Assembly: GCA_964344305.1 (NCBI GenBank)
Contig: CAYFMT010000007.1
Coordinates: 26,886 to 90,885 of the forward strand
Direction: 5' to 3'
DNA from: an uncultured bacterium
GTDB taxonomy: Bacteria > Fidelibacterota > Marinisomatia > Marinisomatales > JABMOV01
DNA length: 64,000 nt
Positions within the stretch are counted from its first letter, which is position 1, and the number at the start of each line of letters is the position of its first letter. A program made the position numbers and the translations under genes. This document shows, piece after piece, positions 57,636 to 64,000 of the stretch. A model generated the notes under the pieces. That model saw only the letters and a program-made list of their open reading frames with translations, did not search any database and was not told where the DNA came from.

Positions 57636-58127
57636 ATGAGAATCTTGTATAATTATCAAGCTCGATATATAAAAATGGCTGGAGAAACTATGATAAACTG
57701 GAAAATTAGACCTTTCAAAATGGAGGATTATCCCGGTGTTCTGCGCGTTTGGGGACAGGCAAATCTCCCTCATAAACCCCGTGGCAGGGATAATCCTGAG
57801 ATGATTAAAAAGGAAATAACACTTGGTACTTCACTGTTTTACGTGGCCGAATCACAACATGAAATTATTGGAACGGCATTTGGTTCTCATGATGGCAGAA
57901 AAGGATGGATCAATCGACTGGCGGTTAATCCGGATTACCAAAGGCAGGGTATTGCCAGAGCCCTCATTCAAACCGTAGAAGATAGACTTGAATCCCTGGG
58001 TATTCTGATCATTGCCACTTTGATTGAAGAAGATAATGACCACTCTAAAGCCGTGGCGGAATCCCTTGGATTTAAACGCATGGAAACCATTCACTACTAC
58101 TCAAAAAGAAAACATCAGGATGTATAG
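57636..58127 (+). CDS. GNAT-family N-acetyltransferase
   Basis: Acetyl-CoA binding motif RLAVNPDYQRQGIARALI. The true start is probably the ATG at 57675 or 57690 rather than 57636. Confidence 0.8.
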   Translation: MRILYNYQARYIKMAGETMINWKIRPFKMEDYPGVLRVWGQANLPHKPRGRDNPEMIKKEITLGTSLFYVAESQHEIIGTAFGSHDGRKGWINRLAVNPDYQRQGIARALIQTVEDRLESLGILIIATLIEEDNDHSKAVAESLGFKRMETIHYYSKRKHQDV

Positions 58128-59082
58128 ACTTTATCTCTTCATGACACTACTGCTTTTTTTAGGATGTGATGACAGGGTCGGTACAGATGGACTGGATGGT
58201 ATTCAGTTTCGTGAAGAAATGAGACAGTTTGTTGAGGAAATCAGCAGTAAATCAAAATCTGTGGAATCTGAATTCATTGTCATTCCACAAAATGGGCATG
58301 AACTGCTTGTGCAGGATGGGTCTGACAGTCTTTATCCAGATTTCTCATATTTAAGTGCTATCGATGGTATTGGGCGTGAAGAACTGTTTTATGGTTATAC
58401 TGATGACAATATAGAAACACCGGGTAGCGTCACCACATCCATCCTGCCCTATTTGATTTTGGCAAGAAACAATGCAATCCAGGTGTTGGTGACGGATTAC
58501 TGCAATAGCAGTTCAAAAATAAACGATTCCTACATTGAGAATTTCGGTTATGGATTTATTTCCTTTGCAGCGACCAACCGCGACTTGGATGTTATCCCTG
58601 GAACACCATCAATTCCATTTAACAGCAATTCTTCCAATATATCCAGCTTAAACCTTGCGAAAAATTTTCTATACCTTATCGATCCATCGCAATACCAATC
58701 TAAAAATAGTTTGATCAGTGATATTTCCGACACGGACTACGATCTGGTTATACTGGATGCATTTTTTGATGAGACTCCCTATTCTGAACAGGACATAATC
58801 AGTATGAAAACCAAATCAAATGGTGGGAGTCGTCTTGTGATCGCATACCTTAGCATTGGTGAGGCGGAAGATTACCGATATTACTGGGAAGCGGACTGGG
58901 AAAGTGACGGTCCAACCTGGCTTCTGAATGAAAACCCATACTGGGAAGGGAATTATCAAATAAAATACTGGGATGATGACTGGAAAACCATCATTGATGG
59001 GTATCTGGATATTATTCTCGAAAGTGGTTTCGATGGAGTTTATCTAGACCTTATAGATGCTTATGAATATTTTGAAGACTAA
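58120..59082 (+). CDS. TM1410/MJ1477-family (GH114-like) putative glycoside hydrolase, lipoprotein
   Basis: The ATG at 58120 gives MYRLYLFMTLLLFLGC (lipobox). The family hallmark is present: LVIAYLSIGEAEDYRYYW...NENPYWEGNYQIKYWDDDW...GFDGVYLDLIDAYEYF. Confidence 0.8.
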   Translation: MYRLYLFMTLLLFLGCDDRVGTDGLDGIQFREEMRQFVEEISSKSKSVESEFIVIPQNGHELLVQDGSDSLYPDFSYLSAIDGIGREELFYGYTDDNIETPGSVTTSILPYLILARNNAIQVLVTDYCNSSSKINDSYIENFGYGFISFAATNRDLDVIPGTPSIPFNSNSSNISSLNLAKNFLYLIDPSQYQSKNSLISDISDTDYDLVILDAFFDETPYSEQDIISMKTKSNGGSRLVIAYLSIGEAEDYRYYWEADWESDGPTWLLNENPYWEGNYQIKYWDDDWKTIIDGYLDIILESGFDGVYLDLIDAYEYFED

Positions 59083-60259
59083 ATTACTTTCACTTTTCAT
59101 CCTTGCCTTTCTGGCATCTTCATGCGCGAATAGAACTATTCCTGAAAATGAATTGGATCAATTCATTAAGGATGCCACTGACTTTATGCTGGAATCCACT
59201 CTCCCATCAGGTCAATTCATTTACCGCATTAACATGAACCCCGATGTGACGGTGAACCCGTCCTACAATATGCTTAGACATGCAGGTGCGACCTTTGCAC
59301 TCACTATGTCGTATGATTACAGTCCTAATGATCAAATTCTATCTGCCATGTTATCCTCAACGAGTTTTTTAATCGATTCTACCGTTGGACCAATCCCTGA
59401 TACGACTGGGATACTAACCGTATGGTCAATACCAAGTATTGTTGGGTCAAACAAAGTATTTCAGTCAAAACTAGGTGGTGCGGGATTAGGACTCATATCC
59501 CTGGCCAGTACCGAAAGGATACAACCCGGTTCAATTCCAAATGAAGTCATGACCGGGCTGGGCAATTATATCCTGTATTCTCAAAAAGAAGATGGGAGTT
59601 ATTATTCAAAATATATCCCGGGCAGAGGTGGACTGAATGATGAATGGACATCCCTGTATTATCCCGGCGAGGCGGCCCTGGGACTCATGTTATTATTTGA
59701 ATTGGACGGGAATAAGAAATGGGTTACTTCTGCAGCAAAAACAATTGAATACCTTGCAGACAGTCGAAAAGGTGACCTGGATGTTCCAGCCGATCACTGG
59801 GCGCTTATGGCATCTGAAAAACTAATGGAGTTACCACCTGATGAATGTCCTATCCCACAAGACATAATTGTTGATCATGCCATCCAGGTATGTAAATCTA
59901 TATTGAAATCACAGGTAATGGAGAGTGATAATCCTGATTTCATCGGGGGATTTGCCGATGATGGCAGAACGACACCAACAGCTACGAGACTAGAAGGTCT
60001 ACTAGCTGCTCAAATGTTTATACCAGATTCTCATCCCATTCAACGTGATATCCAGTTTGCCATTCATGAGGGGATTAGATTCTTACTTAATAACCGCATT
60101 AGTGGCGGGTTTTATAAAGGCGGGATGCCCAGAGCGGCTGGATATAAAGATGAATCTGAATCAGGTGCAAAAAAGTTCAATCGTAGGGTTACAGAAATTC
60201 GTATCGATTATGTACAACACGCATTAAGTGCGGTTATACGATATAAGGAACAACGTTAG
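59057..60259 (+). CDS. hypothetical lipoprotein (possibly alpha/alpha-toroid fold)
   Basis: Signal peptide with lipobox (LAFLASSC). The 400-aa product has helical-repeat character (YYPGEAALGLMLLFE, DHWALMA). No family recognised. Confidence 0.5.
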   Translation: MLMNILKTKLLSLFILAFLASSCANRTIPENELDQFIKDATDFMLESTLPSGQFIYRINMNPDVTVNPSYNMLRHAGATFALTMSYDYSPNDQILSAMLSSTSFLIDSTVGPIPDTTGILTVWSIPSIVGSNKVFQSKLGGAGLGLISLASTERIQPGSIPNEVMTGLGNYILYSQKEDGSYYSKYIPGRGGLNDEWTSLYYPGEAALGLMLLFELDGNKKWVTSAAKTIEYLADSRKGDLDVPADHWALMASEKLMELPPDECPIPQDIIVDHAIQVCKSILKSQVMESDNPDFIGGFADDGRTTPTATRLEGLLAAQMFIPDSHPIQRDIQFAIHEGIRFLLNNRISGGFYKGGMPRAAGYKDESESGAKKFNRRVTEIRIDYVQHALSAVIRYKEQR

Positions 60260-60261
60260 AG

Positions 60262-60696
60262 TTAATACCCTCGCTGGGCTTTTAACAATAATAGGTTTGC
60301 TTTCTGTCTGTCCCCATCCTGGGCAATAGACACAATTCTAATGGCTTCAATAAGTGGGATATTTTGATTATCAAAATTGGAATATAATGCATCCAACTGG
60401 CCTGTAATCAGTCCCAGATCCATCCCAGCCTCCGTTGAGATATGTTCATCGATAATTTCGTAATAACGATCGATGTAGTAAGGAGGAAGCCAATTCTTGA
60501 CTCCTTTGTATTGCTTTGTTACTTCTCTTTGGTGATGCATTTTTGCGCTAGACATGGATGCATAGGCACCGTTGACAAAAGCAATCTTTTCGGAATCATT
60601 AAGTGAATTCCAGTACATGGCAGGAGTGGTTTCTCCCTGAGCGAACATAGTTGAAGCACTGAATAACAGAAGGATAAATGTCTTCCTCATTTGCAT
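60262..60696 (-). CDS. hypothetical secreted protein
   Basis: 144 aa with a signal peptide (MRKTFILLLFSASTMFAQG). It overlaps the nadE stop. No family recognised. Confidence 0.45.
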   Translation of the reverse strand: MQMRKTFILLLFSASTMFAQGETTPAMYWNSLNDSEKIAFVNGAYASMSSAKMHHQREVTKQYKGVKNWLPPYYIDRYYEIIDEHISTEAGMDLGLITGQLDALYSNFDNQNIPLIEAIRIVSIAQDGDRQKANLLLLKAQRGY

Positions 60697-62303
60697 CCTT
60701 TAAAATGATTAATGATTGGTATTCTTCGACCAATGCCGAATGCTTTCTGACTTACTCTTAGTCCGGGAGCGGCCTGACGACGTTTAAATTCATTTATTCT
60801 GATGAGATGATAAAGTCTGGAAACAATTTTTTCGTCATATCCCTGTTCAACCAAGTCAGGAATGGATAGACGCTTTTCAATTATGGCATCTACGATTGGG
60901 CTGACCTCACTGTAATCAAAAGGGTCTACCTGATCAGGTGCCAGTTCCGCTGATGGGACTTTCTCTATAATATTTATTGGAATCCGATCGTAACCTGCAT
61001 GGTTATTAACCCATCTTGACACATTATATACATCTGATTTGGACAAATCTGAAATCACGGCCAACCCCCCACTCATATCACCATATAAGGTGCAGTAACC
61101 AAGAGCCATTTCCGTCTTATTGCCTGTTGACAAAACAAGCCATCCAAATTTATTTGATAGAGCCATGATTACATTGCCACGAATACGTGCCTGGATATTT
61201 TCCTCAGCAATATTTCGCTCGGTATTGACAAAGAATGCAGATAGATCCCTCTCCATCTTATCCACCAATTCCTGAATAGCAATTTCATGGAAGGAAAGTC
61301 CCAGGTTTTTCGATAACTCTACGGCGTCAGATATGGAATGATCGCTGGAATATTTACTGGGTAATCCAAATACATGTACATGTTCAGGACCAAGTGCATC
61401 AACTGCAATACAGGCTACCAACGCAGAATCGATACCGCCACTTAAGCTGACAATGGCGTCTTTGTGGTTGGTTTTCCTGAAATAATCTTTTACACCCAGA
61501 CATAATGCACGGTATAAACCTTCATCCCTGCTATCTGTATCTTTCGTAATAACTGGGTTAATATCATTTATATCACAAGATACTATATCCTCGTCGAATC
61601 CACGTCCTACTGCAATGATATCCTGCGATTTGTTTAAAATAACGGATTGTCCATCAAAGATGATTTCGTCCTGCGCTCCAACCAAATTACAGTACACAAA
61701 TGGTATGTCACACCCTTTCAGTTTATCCTTTAAATGGTCAATTCTGTCCTGCAGCCTGTTTTCATGATAGGGAGATGCAGAGATATTTACGATCAAATCA
61801 ACGTTTTCTTGAATGAGATTATCTGTAACGTGATTAGAATACTCGTCGTCCCAGAGATCTTCGCAAATCTCAAGTCCTATCCTTATTGGATTGTTGTTGT
61901 AAGAAGTTTCCCAAATTCCATCTGAAGATCCGGGTGAAAAATAACGGGCTTCATCAAACACATCATAAGTCGGCAGGAGTTGTTTATCGTATGTATAAAC
62001 GATTTTTCCATTCTGACACACAGCTGCGCTGTTATAAATCAACGTGTCCTCTTTCCTTATGTATCCAAGGATTATTGGTACGGTGGAATGGCTAACAATG
62101 TCATTCAGTACACGCAGGTTCTCTTCAATAAATCCTTTTTCCCATAGCAAATCCTGTGGTGGATACCCAGAGATTACCAGCTCAGGGAAAACCACCATAT
62201 CGGCCTTCTGGTGGACTGCTTCGCGGTAGTTCTCGATAATCATGGCTTTATTGGATTCAAATGCTCCAACAGTCGGATTCACCTGGCAGCAGACAATATT
62301 CAT
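60687..62303 (-). CDS. nadE: glutamine-dependent NAD+ synthetase
   Basis: 538 aa with an N-terminal CN-hydrolase domain (FPEL..SGYPP.DL, EICEDLW) and a C-terminal NAD synthetase domain (SLSGGIDSAL P-loop). Confidence 0.93.
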   Translation of the reverse strand: MNIVCCQVNPTVGAFESNKAMIIENYREAVHQKADMVVFPELVISGYPPQDLLWEKGFIEENLRVLNDIVSHSTVPIILGYIRKEDTLIYNSAAVCQNGKIVYTYDKQLLPTYDVFDEARYFSPGSSDGIWETSYNNNPIRIGLEICEDLWDDEYSNHVTDNLIQENVDLIVNISASPYHENRLQDRIDHLKDKLKGCDIPFVYCNLVGAQDEIIFDGQSVILNKSQDIIAVGRGFDEDIVSCDINDINPVITKDTDSRDEGLYRALCLGVKDYFRKTNHKDAIVSLSGGIDSALVACIAVDALGPEHVHVFGLPSKYSSDHSISDAVELSKNLGLSFHEIAIQELVDKMERDLSAFFVNTERNIAEENIQARIRGNVIMALSNKFGWLVLSTGNKTEMALGYCTLYGDMSGGLAVISDLSKSDVYNVSRWVNNHAGYDRIPINIIEKVPSAELAPDQVDPFDYSEVSPIVDAIIEKRLSIPDLVEQGYDEKIVSRLYHLIRINEFKRRQAAPGLRVSQKAFGIGRRIPIINHFKGCK

Positions 62304-62306
62304 ATG

Positions 62307-62585
62307 TTAATGACGGATCTCAAATCCAGAAAAGGATTCGAATGTCTGTTTCATTTTTACATCAACATGACTCACTGAACTGGCTTCAGGGCCACGATGC
62401 AATTCATGGATAAATAATCGAAGATTCTCCTCAGATCCCTGGGCTTCACAATACACTGATCCATCCGGTACATTTTTTACCCATCCTGAAATGGTAAAAC
62501 GATTTGCTTGATTTCTTGTAAATGCGCGAAACCAGACGCCCTGGACTTTGCCTGTAATGGAGATAATTGCCTTTGTTTTATCCAT
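62307..62585 (-). CDS. acyP: acylphosphatase
   Basis: 92 aa with the motif ITGKVQGVWFRAFT...A....ISGWVKN..DGSV, matching the acylphosphatase signature. Confidence 0.88.
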   Translation of the reverse strand: MDKTKAIISITGKVQGVWFRAFTRNQANRFTISGWVKNVPDGSVYCEAQGSEENLRLFIHELHRGPEASSVSHVDVKMKQTFESFSGFEIRH

Positions 62586-63036
62586 GGATATGACTCTCCA
62601 GCTTTGACAAGAGATCTTTGACTGTAATTGCCTGATCCATACCGTTAATCAACCAGGATTTGTATCCGATAACTGGTTTATTCAACTGCATCATGTATGC
62701 GATTTCTGACAGGGTTCCATATTTCCCGCCAATGGCAATTCCTAGGTCACAGTTGTAAGTGATGAGCGGGTTTCTACCAATACCCATTCCAGTTGAAATT
62801 GGAATGCCGATATAATTGTTTGATTCTCGATAATCCATTCCCTTTAAGATGCCAATGACAGTACCATTTTCCTCATTTATTCCCCGGGAAATCGCCTCCA
62901 TAACGCCCTCTGCACCTCCGCAAAAGACCAGACAATTTTTCTTTGCCAGCCATTGCCCTATCTCTATGGTCTCCTTATAAAGAGCCTCATCCACTTCCCT
63001 GCCACCAAAGACACCAATCCTGGAGGTGAAATTCAT
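62578..63036 (-). CDS. TIGR00725/LOG-like (Rossmann-fold nucleotide-binding) protein
   Basis: The ATG at 63036 overlaps the asnS TGA (TGATG). Sequence RIGVFGG....DE.LY....E.G..LA....LVFCGG..GVMEA..RG is typical of the family. Confidence 0.75.
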   Translation of the reverse strand: MNFTSRIGVFGGREVDEALYKETIEIGQWLAKKNCLVFCGGAEGVMEAISRGINEENGTVIGILKGMDYRESNNYIGIPISTGMGIGRNPLITYNCDLGIAIGGKYGTLSEIAYMMQLNKPVIGYKSWLINGMDQAITVKDLLSKLESHIHG

Positions 63037-64000
63037 CAGGGTTCCAATCGGTAAATAGTGCGTGGGAAAGGAATACACTCTCGAATATGTTGTGTACCGG
63101 TAATCCAAGCAACAGTTCGTTCAAGTCCCAACCCAAATCCGGAATGAGGCACTGTCCCATATTTTCTCAGGTCGAGGTACCATTTGAATGGTTTCAGTGG
63201 AAGATCATGATATTGGATTCGTTTCACTAAGGTGTCATAATCGTCTTCACGCTGTCCCCCACCGATAATTTCACCAAATCCTTCGGGGGCAATCATATCC
63301 ACACCCAGTGCCAGTTCGTTGTTGTGAGCATCACGTTTCATATAGAATGCTTTTATATCCGCTGGCCACCGATGGATCATTACGGGCTTATCATACTTCT
63401 CACCTATAATTGTTTCGTCGGCAGCACCCAGGTCATTACCGTACTCAAAATCGGCTCCAGCTTCCTTCAGGATGGCTGCCGCTTCATCGTAGGTTATCCG
63501 TGGGAATGGTGGAACGATGGATTCCAGTTTGGATAAATCACGTTCCAGGGTGTCCAGCTCCTGTTTGCAATGCTCAAGACATTGCTGAACGATATATCCT
63601 ATGAGCTTTTCAGCCAAATCCATGTTTTCATCCAGGTCACAATAAGCCATTTCCGGTTCCAGCATCCAGAATTCCGTTAGATGTCGTCGAGTTTTTGATT
63701 TTTCAGCGCGGAATGTGGGACCAAACACATAGATTTTTCCGAGAGCCATAGCGCTCGCCTCCCCGTACAATTGTCCACTTTGTGTCAGGTAGGCGGATCG
63801 TTCGAAATAGTCCACTTCGAATAGATTGGTTGTGCCTTCTACAGCATTGGCTGTGAACATGGGGGAATCCACCAGCGTAAAGCCGTTGGAATCGAAAAAA
63901 TCTCTTGCTGCTTTGACTACATGGTGACGTACCCTCAAAATGGCATTCTGTTTCTTTGATCTGAGCCACAAATGTCTGTTATCCATGAGAAATGCTGTAC
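63036..64000 (-). CDS. asnS: asparagine--tRNA ligase, C-terminal part (5' end lies outside the window)
   Basis: Class IIb catalytic core ([30 protein letters not shown]). The frame stays open upstream to the window edge (...[13 protein letters not shown]). Confidence 0.93.
   Translation of the reverse strand, partial: TAFLMDNRHLWLRSKKQNAILRVRHHVVKAARDFFDSNGFTLVDSPMFTANAVEGTTNLFEVDYFERSAYLTQSGQLYGEASAMALGKIYVFGPTFRAEKSKTRRHLTEFWMLEPEMAYCDLDENMDLAEKLIGYIVQQCLEHCKQELDTLERDLSKLESIVPPFPRITYDEAAAILKEAGADFEYGNDLGAADETIIGEKYDKPVMIHRWPADIKAFYMKRDAHNNELALGVDMIAPEGFGEIIGGGQREDDYDTLVKRIQYHDLPLKPFKWYLDLRKYGTVPHSGFGLGLERTVAWITGTQHIRECIPFPRTIYRLEP

Noticed and set aside
1-64000. Scan for CRISPR arrays, IS elements or transposases, integrases, prophage genes, restriction-modification systems or other defence systems.
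   Set aside because: I saw no spaced direct repeats. None of the translated ORFs resembles a transposase, recombinase, nuclease-helicase or methyltransferase defence component. The window is core housekeeping and envelope genes.

Overview
This is a densely packed, moderately AT-rich core-genome stretch. I support about 65 protein genes and six single tRNA genes, and I found no rRNA, CRISPR array, IS element, integrase or recognisable defence genes. The content is housekeeping. On the plus strand: rimP-nusA-infB-rbfA-truB-ribF-rpsO-pnp-ald, a sigma-70 gene and leuS. On the minus strand: tRNA-Val-thrS-infC-rpmI-rplT-pheS-pheT-zapB-like-zapA-folD, then ctp-tmk-rsmI-lat-pcd, then a roughly 16 kb co-directional envelope, glycan and outer-membrane array (accA to dppA), then nadE-acyP-LOG-like-asnS. 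The short primary sigma factor (285 aa, no region 1.1) looks Bacteroidetes/FCB-type, although many genes here still carry GGAGG ribosome-binding sites. The most interesting observation is at 40208..41248 (minus). The ORF track truncates a gene there because of one in-frame TGA. That TGA sits exactly at the first Cys of a thioredoxin-fold WCxxC motif (giving U-S-W-C) and is followed by a SECIS-like hairpin. The full gene reads as a lipoprotein signal, a thioredoxin fold and a TPR tail, so it is a predicted exported selenoprotein. Secondary observations: rsmI has no ATG/GTG/TTG start upstream of its conserved N-terminus; infC starts at a non-canonical ATC with a good SD inside the thrS 3' end; a translationally coupled pair combines an unclassified 1092-aa beta-rich protein with an Omp85-family barrel; a GT2 domain is fused to an apparently degenerate phosphoglycosyl-transferase domain; and the tRNA-Val leader and 5' end are partly duplicated. 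All functional calls come from reading the translations by eye, and no database search was run.
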